From the NCBI GenBank assembly GCA_964016885.1, contig OZ024747.1, positions 68,510,001 through 68,574,000 of the forward strand: 64,000 nt of DNA, read 5' to 3'. The notes under the pieces were generated by a model, which did not search any database, was not told where the DNA came from, and worked only from the letters and a program-made list of their open reading frames with translations. The stretch's first letter is position 1; every line of letters starts with the position of its first letter. Below, piece after piece: positions 50,801 through 62,564 of the stretch. This stretch comes from Eledone cirrhosa (lineage: Eukaryota). Made by a program: the position numbers and the translations under genes.

Positions 50801-53306
50801 ATATGGCATGCAAAGAAGTACTCTTTTCCTGATTGTATTCAGCATTTCTTCTACTATGGGACGCATAGTGGCTGGAATAGCTAGTGCTTGTCGACTATCT
50901 GGCATGTTAACGTACTTGATCTCTTGCTGTATTACTTCAGCAACTATCATTGCTATATCCTTTGCAGATGATGAATATGTCATTATGGGAATTCTCTCTT
51001 TTATTGGTCTCTCCATGGGATCTTTTATCACAACATCCCTTGTTGCAATGCTGGAAATGGTTGGAAGTGAACATTACCAATTTTGTTTTGGATTCTATAC
51101 AACAATATCAGGTTTAGGTTATCTAACCTGTGGTCCATTGGCTGGTAGGTCTTCTAAATAAAATTATTATTCTATATTTTTTTTTTTTAGTTTTGTCAAC
51201 TTAATTACTTGTAGAATTACATGAAAAAACTTGCAAAGGGCTCGCTGCAGTGGAGATGTATATTTCCAATAGAATTTCCATTAGCATTTTTATGGTGTGG
51301 GCTTTAAACCTCTTCACATATTCATGAGGTACAAAATTAATTATTTATTACAGAAGCAAAAACATTTGTACCTTACCCTCTATGGAGATCAAATATGTAT
51401 CTCTATGACTCTAGCTCTCTTATGTTGTTTTGATTTCGTGTCATGTCTATTAGCTATTATTACCCCTGCCAGGGTTACATACAAAGACATTGGCAGCAGA
51501 TTGTTAGATATGATCAGTGGCAAATCTAATAACCCAGACCTTTGGCATTGAAACACAATGGTGTTATGTAAATGATCCATCATGTTGGACAATGGATGAG
51601 ACCTAAACATTCTGAGTTAGATGGATACTGCAAGTGCCTTGTGCTTCCAACTACTTGCACAACCAAATCCCTAAAAAAATTGGCCATCCCACTGGACGAC
51701 TAAGGATACAATAGGATAGCTATTATGTTCTAATATCTGGATAGGGAGTTCTTTTCTGTTGGGTCTGATACATGTGCTGCCACACAGGCAATATTGTGAC
51801 ATTATTTATTCCTATTAGACCAGATCTTATTTGATATATACTCTCAGAGAAGTTTTCCTACATATAATAGATTCTTGATGCTACTATTTTTCAATAACCT
51901 TCCAAAAGTATCTTGTCTGGGTTTCTAAATCCCGATGTCTCTTAACATGTAGTGTGGAAGTTTGCTTTACAGCCACATGATTTTCGGTTCAATCACACAG
52001 AATTGCATATTGGGCATGTATATTCTACCATAGCTTCAGATCAACTCAAATTTAAGGACTGAAATTGCACATAGCAAAACCTACAGAAGCCTGTTGACTG
52101 TACCTGTTGTGAGGTGATAGAATAGACATAATTTGTTGCCTTTGATGCCATTAGCAGAGTCTGTTTTATTGCAAACATTTGGACCAGGTCTTTGGCCTGA
52201 TGATAACTTGATCTCTATATAAATTGTGTTTTGTTTCTTCTTTTTCCTCCATCAAAATTGGAGGCTTAATCAGTGTTGTCCTTTCTTCCTTCTCTAACTA
52301 ATCCATAATAAAGGAGCACCCCTAATCTACCTTTCAAATTTGTAGCTTATATTCAGTTGATCATTTGAAACAAGAGCTCTGTTAATTGAAACAATTTATC
52401 TCTGCATGCTTCTGGCACATACTTTGGACAAATTCATCTTTTTGCTGACATTTCAAGCATTTCATTAATTATCTTATCTAGAACTATATTGCCCAATGTA
52501 TCCTTCTATATTTAAGAAAAGTATTTAAACAGAGTACTCAGGGTTATTTAAGTTTGATTTAAAGGAGATTTGAGTACTATTTTTAGCAGATTGAGCTGTG
52601 TATTTTAGAGTAAATATAAGCATACTTTATACATAAGGTTTAAACAGTGTTTTAAAAGTGGTATTTATATATTTCAGCCTATAAATATAAATAATTTGAA
52701 CCACAAAAAATTATAAAGTACTACCTTATTTGATAAATGAATCTTTGTTATTAAGACTTTATATTTAGGATTTCAGTTTGTATTTTTCATATTTTTTTAA
52801 ATACAACTTCATTTTCACAACATACCTAAATCTGGCACACTACAGGTACAGACAAGACTGGAGCTCCTAAGCACTAAAAGATTATGGCACCCCCATATAC
52901 TGTATATGGAACAAACTCCAATATACAATATACTATAATGGAAAAATTCTATATGGGGGTTCATCTTTAATTGAGCCCTAAGCATATGGTTATTTTGCTT
53001 AATGGTTAATTCATGGTTTGGCATAGAAGCTTCCTTATTATTACTATTAAGTAGTTTTTCTTAATTTATGTTGTATCAAATATTATAATACAAATAATTG
53101 TTAATTTATCTGTAATAGGTTTCATTGCTGATCTTACCAATTCATACAGTAAATCTTTCCTGGTTGCTGGACTATTCATTTTTGCTGCTACCTGTCTCAA
53201 CATCCTGACAATTTTGATCACTCGACAGACACATTTGCTTCATAGACGAATACCATATGTAGAGAGCAGCACTGAATATCAGCTGTCAGATACATTGGCT
53301 TCATAG
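40892..53306 (+). CDS. MFS transporter, SLC16/monocarboxylate-transporter-like; 6 coding exons, 680 aa
   Basis: Exons 40892-41849, 42221-42364, 47383-47582, 48870-49077, 50800-51144 and 53119-53306; GT-AG introns, phases 1,1,0,1,1, total 2043 nt. About 12 hydrophobic segments. MCT-like motifs: IYVELL..F..SKSTTS, APLIAKFGLR.TLFVGG, GIGLS......IAIYF, YGWNG.FLLMAG, GRIVAG and GPLAGFIADLT.SY..SF..AG. Confidence 0.88.
42221..42364 (+). CDS. SLC16-like coding exon 2
   Basis: IFVAPLIAKFGLRTTLFVGG...IGIVS; acceptor TTCTAG, donor GTATGT. Confidence 0.9.
45970..47260 (-). mobile_element. 5'-truncated Penelope-like element (second family) with terminal repeat and an inverted terminal-repeat piece, in an SLC16-like intron
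   Basis: ORF 46442-47248 reads QFSGY, MFVNTTPRGEL and CKTRNVVYSIRC...YIGETARSIRERISEH (GIY-YIG). It is flanked by repeat 45970-46270 and inverted piece 47150-47260, both also found at 14960-15325. Confidence 0.85.
47383..47582 (+). CDS. SLC16-like coding exon 3
   Basis: IGLSILNVVSYSAIAIYF...YGWNGNFLLMAGIVLQ; acceptor TTACAG, donor GTAAAT. Confidence 0.9.
47675..47872. mobile_element. Tc1/mariner-type MITE
   Basis: TA-tgagggttggctgaaaagttcataggctgac ... gtcagcctatgaatatttcagtcaaccctcg-TA. Confidence 0.8.
48870..49077 (+). CDS. SLC16-like coding exon 4
   Basis: ACVMSFQF...LPLFFIATFF...VDFGIER; acceptor AACAG, donor GTTTGG. Confidence 0.82.
49141..49412. mobile_element. hAT-type MITE
   Basis: TIRs CAGAGGCCTAACTAG / CTAGTTATGCCTCTG, with 8-bp TSD GTTCAGTG on both sides. 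Confidence 0.85.
49686..50131 (-). mobile_element. Non-autonomous mini-Helitron (second copy)
   Basis: Minus strand A|TCATAATATAATAAAGGGAG ... GAAAACCACCCGAAGGTTGGTTTTTC-AGCTAG|T, inserted between A and T. Confidence 0.8.
50516..50707. mobile_element. piggyBac-like MITE
   Basis: TTAA TSD and family TIRs. Confidence 0.8.
50800..51144 (+). CDS. SLC16-like coding exon 5
   Basis: YGMQRSTLFLIVFSISSTMGRIVAG...LTCGPLA; acceptor TTATAG, donor GTAGGT. Confidence 0.9.
53119..53306 (+). CDS. SLC16-like terminal coding exon
   Basis: FIADLTNSYSKSFLVAGLFIFAATCLNILTILI...TLAS followed by TAG; acceptor TAATAG. Confidence 0.85.
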
Positions 53307-53447
53307 CCAAACACCATATAAAAGGAAGCAGCACTGAATATCTCATAGCTAATTATAACATCTTTTAGGTAACCAGGATGATTGTAATTAGAGCAAACCC
53401 TCAATAAATAACAATTTCTTATTTAGCACAAAGCCTACAGATTTTAA

Positions 53448-53668
53448 CCCTTTAGCATTTAAACTGGCCGTATCCGGCCAGAATTCTCTCACCTCTTTCT
53501 GTTCAAACCAGCCATAACTGGCTGCTCATATTTATGTTAAGGTATTGTTCTCAAAATAAGTAATATCAAAATCTTATAGATTCAATATTATGTAAGATAA
53601 TTATGTGAAATAAAGCCTTTACCGTGAAAATACACTAGTAAATATAGAGTAATGTAAATGCTAAAAGG
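53448..53668. mobile_element. piggyBac-like MITE just downstream of the SLC16-like stop codon
   Basis: TTAA TSD and family TIRs. Confidence 0.8.
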
Positions 53669-53738
53669 TTAAGGAAGGGCTACAGCTGATTGACTTATCT
53701 CAGTAAATGATGTAGCATTTATTTTATTGACCCTAGAG

Positions 53739-54162
53739 CAGTGTTTCTTAACGGGTGTTCCCTGGAACCCTAGGGTTCTGTAAGAGGTCACTAGAGGTTC
53801 CACAGGAAACTAATAAATAAGATAATGCATTTTTGAGTAAGTTTTGTTGGATTTTATATAAGTAATTTTACTTGGACTATGATAAAAATATAAAAGAGAT
53901 AGACATTAATAATTGTTTCTACTTTTGACACAAGGCCAGTAATTACCCCCAGTGCATTACTGGTGTTTTATTTTATCGACCCGGCAAAGTTAACCTCGGC
54001 GGGATTTGAACTCAGAACGTAAAGGGCCATAACTCTATGCTGACGCTCTGCCGATACTTCCAATACACAGATAGATATTAATAATGGCATATAATAATTT
54101 TTATGCAGTGGTTCCCTGAGACATGAGAACTATTACAAGGGTAAAAAGGTTGAGAAACGCTG
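53739..54162. mobile_element. hAT (Charlie-like) MITE containing a SINE and itself inserted in a SINE
   Basis: TIRs CAGTGTTTCTTAAC / GTTGAGAAACGCTG with 8-bp TSD CCCTAGAG. Confidence 0.85.
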
Positions 54163-54822
54163 CCCTAGAGGAATGAAAGGCAAAATCTATGCTGATGAGA
54201 TTTGAACTTAAAATATTGAAGAATGAAATTTAATTCTGTTAAAGATGTAATCTAATACTTTGCTGTTTCTGTCACTGTCATCTTCTTAAAATCCCTTAAT
54301 ATATAGTGAATGATTCCTTACATTACTTATTTCATTGACTCTGGAGAAATGAAAAGCAAATTTGATTCCAGTCGAATATGAATTCAAACATTCATAAATA
54401 CTAAAAAAATGTTATCTGATACTCCACTAATGTTGATCCTTTTATAAATATATCAAGTAGCTGTTTGAATTGAGTCTACTTTTATTATATTTTTTATTGT
54501 TTAAAGGATAATGAATTTATTAAAATATTCCATGTAACTATCTTGTTATGTTCTCATATATCTTTTACTTCCATCTACCAATTTTCACTTGACCTGCAAG
54601 AAATAGCAGTCAAATCTGTCTTAAAGAAAGGAAATACTAATGTAGACTTTGATACACTGTGTTTGAAAAAAAAAAGGATGGAGGTGGGCAGTAATGATTA
54701 AAAGGCTGTTGATTATCAGTTTGTTTGATCAAAGCTACATAACAACGATTGTATTAACTTTTAGCATCCGGGAACAATCTAACAGAAAATATCTAAAAAC
54801 AGGTTTGTTAATTGAAATGTTT

Positions 54823-54957
54823 ATAATGTATGGATAGATCACTGATGGATATAATGTATGGATAGATCACTGATGGATATAATGTATGGATATATCACTG
54901 ATGGATATAATGTATAGATAGATCACTGATGGATATAATGTATGGATAGATCACTGA
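54823..54957. repeat. 28-bp tandem repeat, ~4.8 copies (ATAATGTATGGATAGATCACTGATGGAT)
   Basis: Units start at 54823, 54851, 54879, 54907 and 54935. Confidence 0.9.
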
Positions 54958-55391
54958 AAATTTGCAGTAAACTAAAAACTTTAATTTTTAATGTTTTGCA
55001 ATGATAGTGCTGTTTTGTATTTTTCAAAAATGTCTTGCTAAAGCAGTTGCATGCGGTACAGGATGTTAAAAGTTAACATTAACAAGGAGCGATGGTTGCT
55101 TGACTTACCTGAAATAGTAATAAAATCTCCCTCAAATCACACCCCATTGTCTTTAAAAAAAGGAGGACATAGTGGGTAATGTATTTATAGATATACTATG
55201 TCTAAAACAAGCATGGAAAGGATGGTAATGGTTGGAATATTTTTGTATTTGATCAGGATTAACATCAGACTAAACAGCAATTATTTGCAGTAGGACTAAT
55301 ATAGTGTGGTTCATAATAGAGGTATATATGAAGTCATATACAATATGTTTATGTATAATAAGCAATGCAAGTGTCTCGCTATATTTTAAGC

Positions 55392-55537
55392 CAGGCATGG
55401 GCAACCTTTTTCAAGCAGTGTGCCACATAGGATGTGGCTCGTCATAAGGCAGGCTGCACTACTAAAAAATTCAAGGCAATTTTGAAATTAGGTGTGCCAT
55501 TCAGAAAGCCAAATGGGCCGCAATTTGTACATGACTG
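55392..55537. mobile_element. hAT-type MITE
   Basis: CAGGCATGGGCAA ... TTGTACATGACTG with 8-bp TSD TTTTAAGC. Confidence 0.8.
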
Positions 55538-56455
55538 TTTTAAGCTGTGAATATGTCACAGCTATCTCAGTAACTGTGTGAGAATGTCAGATATATGTTT
55601 CTGCATTTTTGCAACAAATGGAAAGATACTGTACTAAGAAGGACATGTCCAACCCATGCAAGTGTGGGAACAGATGTATGATGATGATGATGATGATGAT
55701 GATGATTAGTGACATTTGCTCATTTGGTACTGAGACAAGAATAAATTATAAATATATGTTTTTGTGTATGAAACAGAAGCTGGAAATGCTCATTTGCATT
55801 TAGTGTGTAACATAAACATAGTGTCTCTCATAATAGAGGTGAGTATAAAGAACTGATAAAGCTGTGACATGATTACAGCTTAAAGTATTCATAGTGAGAC
55901 TCTTGTATATGACTTGATATACACCTCTATTATTAAACAGCAAATGGCAGTGGTTTGGCAGAATCAATAGAGCATCAGGTAACATGCTTTGCAGCATATA
56001 GTTATGGCCCTTTACGTTCTGAGTCCAAATCCCACTGAGGTTTATGGGGTCAATAAAATAAAGTACCAGTAATGCACTGGGGTTAATTTAATTGACTTTC
56101 CTCCTCCAAAATTGCAAGCCTTGCGCCTAAACCAGAAACCATTATTAAACAGCAATGAGTTCTAACTGATGAAACTAAATATTGATTCATGAGTTAGGAA
56201 CAATCTATAGATTTATGCAAGGATAAAACCAGATAATCTGGCATACATGCTGTTCTCATAAGCATTAGTAAAGTAATAAACCCTTTAGCATTTAAACCAG
56301 CCGTATCTGGCTAGAACACTTTTTTCTATTCAGACTGGCTGCAACCAGCTGCTCATACTGATGTTAAGGTATCGTTCTCAAAATAAATAATAAGACGTAA
56401 GCTCGCAACTCTTGTAGGTCAGTTTGAATTCCTGATTGCAGATAATTCATTTTAA

Positions 56456-56658
56456 CCCTTTAGCATTTACATTACTCTATGTTTACTATTATATTTTCAT
56501 GGTAAAGGCTTTACCTCATAATTATCTCACATAATATTGAATCTGTGAAATTTTGATATTATTTATTTTGAGAACAATACCTTAACATCAGTATGAGTGC
56601 CCAGGTACGGCTTGATTGAAATGAAAAAGGTGAGAGAATTCTGGCCGGATATAAAGTG
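56456..56658. mobile_element. piggyBac-like MITE (a partial copy lies at 56281-56392)
   Basis: TTAA-CCCTTTAGCATTTAC left end; degenerate right end. Confidence 0.7.
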
Positions 56659-57498
56659 TTAACACACTGGAAGATAGATTGAAAGGTTCAGTGCACATGC
56701 TTGGCTCTGTTAATATCCTCAGTAGGTCTAGCATAAATATGAAGACCATATGGAAGCCTTTAATAATGAAAGAATATTCAGCATAAGGCAGTAAAATAGC
56801 TCCTAGATTTCATCATAATTGTCCCACTGGTCAATAGCACATTTAAGTTAGTTAAGTGTGCTGCTAGTTTACATGTTAATCACGAGTTCAATCCCTGGGT
56901 CAATAAGCAATACAAGGATACATATCCCTTGTATGGACAATGAAAGGAAAACAATCTAACCCTGGGATTTGTAATTCTGAGAGCATTACGAAAGACAATA
57001 ACAACAAAGCTAATGACACAGTACAATGAAGATATATATTAATTTTATGCTTGATATAGTAGGAAAAAATCTTAACCTTTTGGACACTAGTCCTTCATCA
57101 GAAAATAGAATGAGAAATAAAAGATGAAATAGAAAAATAGAGGAGAGTGGACAATGACAGAAACGGAAAAAAAATTTCTTTGAGAAAAAACAGGTCTATT
57201 CAAGTCACTCTTGGAAAACTGTTGAATCTGGTATTGGTGTTTAAGAAAATCAGTTGATCTTGTCTTAAAAGGCGGTGGTCTAGCTGAAAATGAAAAAAGC
57301 ATTTGGTATATATATGTGTTTTGTTGTAAGTATGAATCTGTGAGGATATGTGTGTGTATAAGTTTAAGGTGTGTGTGTAAGAGGGTGTTGGTCTGTACAG
57401 AGCTGTGAGGGTAAGTGTAGAGATGTGTGCGTGTTTGTTTTTGGTCTGTATAAAGCGTAACAGAGCCATAGGAACCTTGGGGTGAATGTGCGCGTGTG

Positions 57499-58048
57499 TG
57501 TGACAGCAGACAAGGTAGAGGTGTAGCGAAATCTGTCCACACCTTGACCCCTGGGTGACATTTAACAGTCAAATTCTCGGTTACCTCCTTTTTGGCGTAA
57601 ACAAGTCTATGCCTGGGCGATCTCTCGAGGTCACCCCAGTGGCTCTCAAGGCAGGGGACAGATATAAATAGCCTGTCTTAGACCAAGCAAAAGGCAGTTC
57701 AGAGCAGTTCCTGATAGAGTAACGATGTAAAACATTTGCTTTCTACAGACCCCTTGGGGTCTACAGACTATTACTCTCTCTCCAGGTGTTACAGACTCTC
57801 ACCCTTCTCTTGTCACTGGCTACTACCTTGCTTCCACTACTAACGAACGATCTCTTACCAGAAACTATTTCAGCATAACGAAATAACAGCAAAAACATCG
57901 TCAATCTTTATGATTTGTAGTAATCTTATTCTTGTTCATTTATTAACTGATGTGAAGTAAATTTTATATTTAAACGAAACCATTTATTTTGTCGTGTTAT
58001 TTCACCTCTAACAACACTTACTAACTTTGCTTCGCTTCAGGGGTGACA
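57499..58048 (+). mobile_element. Possible solo LTR
   Basis: TGTGAC...GTGACA termini, internal TATAAATAG at ~57663, and a GC-richer composition. No clear TSD. Confidence 0.3.
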
Positions 58049-58099
58049 GTATTAGGGGTATAGAAGTATCGGTGTGTAATATCTTGTCATTAAAGAATC

Positions 58100-58195
58100 C
58101 ACAAGCCTGATGAGCTATCGATTCCAGAGTCGGTCACGATCGATACTGATTGTACCTTGAGCTGATCAATCGCGAAACGCGCGTCATGCGTGAAT
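58100..58195 (+). ncRNA. Minimal type I hammerhead ribozyme motif with ~60-nt stem II
   Basis: CTGATGAGC 58107-58115 ... GCGAAAC-GCGC-GTC 58172-58185; perfect palindrome ACGCGCGT; canonical GTC triplet; stem I imperfect. Confidence 0.7.
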
Positions 58196-59279
58196 ACACA
58201 TAATAATGTTCTATTGATATCTCGTTCCTTGCTATTATTTATATATACATAAGCGCACATGTATATGTCTTCGCTTCGCAATTGACTTGTTTCTCATGAA
58301 AGGAAGGAATAAAGTCTGATTTTGGGTAGTATTAGATTAACTTTTATTCAGATGTCCATGCTGTCTCACTGGAAGTGTCCGGTGTCAAACGAGTTGCTTC
58401 CCCTCTTAACCGATATACACCACCTCCCAAACTTCAAAAGGAATCTGTTATATAGAATAAAACGATTTAAATGAACAATAATACAAAGAAAAAAACAAGG
58501 TTCTGGGTAGATTGTCCATCCGACCTGTTTCTGCCTCTAGTCATGACTGAACAGATCTGGTTCTTTTATTGAACGACAGGATAGTCGTGGCAGAGCTGAA
58601 AGTGTAGAGTCTGTTGTTTACTGATGGGTCAATCACCAGATATAATTGCTATTCAGCTCCACAGTACACGATGCCGGTTTATTGGAGTTTAGAAAGGGAT
58701 ATATCGCCTCAGGTATATCCATATTTTGAAATGGAATTCGTTTCTCGAATAAACTGTAGTTTAGTCAAAATGTAACAAGTTGAATAAAGCTGAATAACTT
58801 GCTCAAGAACTAAATTTTGCACACATCTCTCCAAACGTCGGAAGTTTAATTGGCAAAGAGACTATTAGTAAAATATTTAGATTTCTTTTCCTTGATAGTT
58901 TATGAAATATCAGTACATATTCAAGTAATGAATCAAGCAAAAAATTTGATTAAAAACAATGGAATATAGGATTTTGCTGGTCGGGTTTGTTGACTATGGA
59001 AAGGTCGTGAACAAAAGTGTGAACAAGTTTGAATTGGAAAATATAATTCTTCCAAAACGAAATAACAATTTATTTACATATTATGCGATTTAACGTAGAA
59101 TAATCTAAAAAAAAATATTATATACTTTCCAAGTGGAATTATAATAGTAAATATATTTAAAATATATTATTTTGTAAAGATATTGATTTCTAATGCATGG
59201 TACGTTGACCGGATACACATTCCAGCTTTTACAAATAACATTTGTCTGCCGCCTTTCAGTTCAACGTACAAATCTAAAC

Positions 59280-59404
59280 ATGTTCGCTCGACGCAAACTA
59301 CAAACTTCTTCAACCAGTGAAACAGTTTTTTCTCCAAAACTTGGTGGATACAGAACGCCAACACGAGCCCAGAATACTTCATATTCTTCAATCTCACAAA
59401 ATTC
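59280..59404 (+). CDS. NUP133: Nucleoporin Nup133 exon 1 (probable)
   Basis: MFARRKLQTSSTSETVFSPKLGGYRTPTR...: an S/T/P-rich N-terminus with VFSP, like Nup133. Donor GTTAGT; phase 2 matches the next exon. Confidence 0.6.
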
Positions 59405-60393
59405 GTTAGTCTTTTTTTTATTTGTATATATAATTTGAAGATACTTAAATGAATGTTACGTTTAATTGATACTGTTTTGCAATGTGATGACAGATTCCAA
59501 CATATACTGTCTTTAAATACCTATGTTCTGTAAAATATCTATTATTGATCAGATTAAAAATGTTATACGTTATAATTGTGTCTATATCTATCAACTACAA
59601 TTGTTTTGGTACTATCTAAAAACCTAAACATAACTCGAAATAGTAGAATATCAGTGATGGGTAAATTGTTTATCTGTTCATCTCTGTCGAGTTTCTCAAA
59701 TAATGAAGTCTTGTTTATCTAGATAGATTGTATAATCACTTGAATTTACTTCAGTATATTATGATACGAAATGTCCCAATTTATCTAGGGGGAGAAGAAA
59801 ACCAGTCGATTATGGCGAAATTAGAACACACGCTCCTTCGTAATCATGTGGTCCTGGTTTCAGTCCCGCTGCGTGGTACCCTGAGCAAGTGGTAGTTAAC
59901 TGTCGAATGTATATATGCAAATAAGCAAGTGGCACCGTCAAATACATAAATTTGAATGTAGCTATACCTAGAAGAAACGCAAAGTATCTATAGAATGCTC
60001 TATACTTAAATAATACACTCAGAAAACAAAGCCAACGATAAACAAGACATCTAGTGGATAAAACCCTTGAATTCGAAACTCATAAATAATACATTCGTAA
60101 AAACAAAGCCAATCATGAAATGTCAATACTAGAACTAAGACATCCACCATAATCCTTACCTCAGACATTATCTATATTTCCCAACCCCTGACCCGCTCTA
60201 AATATGAGTATAGGGGAGACGGACTTTTTCAAGCCGCAGCCGTCAAATTATGCGGTCGTGTGGCCAGAGTCCTCAAACACTCCTTCCAACGGGTCCTGTC
60301 AGAAGCAACCGTCTCCAATTGACCTGGCTGGATCCCCAAGCAAGACCAACCAAGCTCATGGATGTTATCTCTCTCTCTCTCTCTCTCTCTCCC

Positions 60394-60499
<106 letters not shown>

Positions 60500-60964
60500 A
60501 TAGAGATAGCAGAAAATGCATACAGAAAAACAGTTATGTAAGACTGACAGACAACTGTATCTCTACCTCGTCAGATATTAGCTGGCATGCAATTTAGCTC
60601 ATTAAGGTGGTATTGCACTTGGAATGCCAGTTTGCACTACAGATTTGAAAACTGTTCTGTTGGTAATATGCATGTGAGGTGATAACATAGAGAAGAAAAT
60701 TTACTTCACTTTCCACTCTTCTTTTGCTCTTTTCATCTGATTTTCTTACAAACTTTTCTATACTCTTCTCCACCTCTCTGTGTTTCAGCTTCTTTAGCTC
60801 TCTTCTTGTGATGCACAGTTCTAGGATGTCCTCTTTGACCCAACCATGCTTTTTGTGATGGTGTATCCCCTTGAGAAATGTTATTTCAATGTTGGCAGAT
60901 GACTTTTTCTGCCTTTGGAATCAGTGGCTAGGATGAAGGTATTAAGTGTACCACTGGTTAAACA

Positions 60965-61710
60965 TTCAAAACTAAGATTTGAGAGAGAAAGACTATGTTT
61001 CATTTGCAACATGGAATGTTAGAATACTGGCCGAATCTAGAAAACTCCAGGAACTCATTCAAGAACTTGGCACGTTTGCAGACTGAGCAAGGTCAGATGG
61101 AAACAAACCAGAAAATGCAAGATAGAGAAAGGTGATACATTGATTTACTGTAGCGTACATGACAGTCACATCAATGGTGAAAACCTCGTGAACAAGAGTA
61201 TGAAACATGCCATACTGAGATGGTACCCAGTATCTAGCATACTTATTACTATTTGACTGAAAGCAACACCATTTAATATCACATTAATACAAGTGTATAC
61301 TCCTACATCAGACTATGATGATGAGGGCAGAGAGAAATTTTACTCCTTGCTTCAAAGTATAATGCAGGAAAGCAAATTGGAGAAGGACTTGGAGCCCTCA
61401 GCTGGTGACAAATTCAGAGATGCCTTGCTTGATGCTTATAACAGTAAGGAAGATGAGTTAGAGACTGGCAGTGGAGGTTCCTGTAACATAACCCTCTGAA
61501 AGCTATAGACAAGATCTATATCTGCTGCAAGGGCCCAGAGCAATGAAATGTGGTATGGTGGTGGAATAGCAGAGTGGATGATGTGATCAAAACTAAGAAA
61601 CAAGCTCTATCAAATGCTCAGAGGGTTCTCTAGAGGTAGTTGAAAACTTCTGTTACTTAGGGAACCAAATTAGCAGAAAGTACAGTAGCTATAGTGAGGT
61701 CCAGTTGAAA
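60965..61710 (+). mobile_element. Degenerate RTE-like LINE 5' part (APE endonuclease) in NUP133 intron 1
   Basis: ATWNVR.L, VRW and ATPFNITLIQVYTPTSDYDDE..EKFY remnants. Confidence 0.7.
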
Positions 61711-62165
61711 ATGAAGTTAATTGGGGCAGATAATTATGTGTAACATTCCTTAGTTAAACATTGTCTAAAGTTTTGTAAATGTATCTTTATGATATCATCA
61801 TCATCATCATCATCATCATCGTTTAACGTCCATCTTCCACGCTAATATATATCCATGTGGGAGTTGCATCTGCGTGATTTTTGTGTTCAAGAAGATCAGT
61901 TTGCTTGCAATGTAACATGTGAAAATTTGTTTATATTGTAAACCAATGTACAACTAATGATGTGTAGAAATTTAGCTTGATTGCATTTGAATGTGGCTCA
62001 TATTTATTTTGGTGTCTACCAACATAACCATTCAAATCAGTTTCACAAAATACGTTTTCTTTCTGTATTAGATTTATGTGTGCATGTAGTTTTTAAGAAC
62101 AATGCATGCAACTTAATCTGTAATTACAGTTACATAGTAGTTAAAAGAAATCTTATATTTTTCAG

Positions 62166-62269
62166 ATATTCTTTTGTTGCTGGCAGTTCTGTTGAAAAGC
62201 TTCATACACTTCAGACTTATGGAAATCCTATGCCTGTTTTGGTTTCAGAAGCACTGAATGTAGCTGAAA
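62166..62269 (+). CDS. NUP133: Nucleoporin Nup133 exon 2
   Basis: YSFVAGSSVEKLHTLQTYGNPMPVLVSEALNVAE resembles the recalled Nup133 segment [22 protein letters not shown]; acceptor TTTTCAG, donor GTAAGT. Confidence 0.75.
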
Positions 62270-62410
62270 GTAAGTTATTCTCCCACTATCCAAGTTTGTT
62301 ATAATCTTTGTTTTGATTTTATTAACTTTTAATATCTTGTACCAGATGAAATAACATTAGCAAGACATTCTTGAATAGTACAAAAGAGTACTATGACTAC
62401 AACACATTAA

Positions 62411-62564
62411 CTCTTTAGCATTCAAACCGGCCAGAATTCTCTCACCTCTTTCTGTTCAAACTGGCTGTAACTGGCCACTCATACCAACGTAAAGATATTG
62501 TTCTCAAAATAAATAATACCAAAATCTCATAGATTCATTATTATGTGAGGTAAATGCTAAAGAG
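62411..62564. mobile_element. piggyBac-like MITE (short variant)
   Basis: TTAA-CTCTTTAGCATT...AATGCTAAAGAG-TTAA. Confidence 0.75.

Noticed and set aside
54823-54957. 28-bp repeats resembling a CRISPR array
   Set aside because: Head-to-tail units with no spacers, eukaryotic context and no cas genes.
56165-56195. Isolated CTGATGA motifs (also 63046) and CCGATGAG at 33583
   Set aside because: No properly placed stem II-GAAA-stem III.
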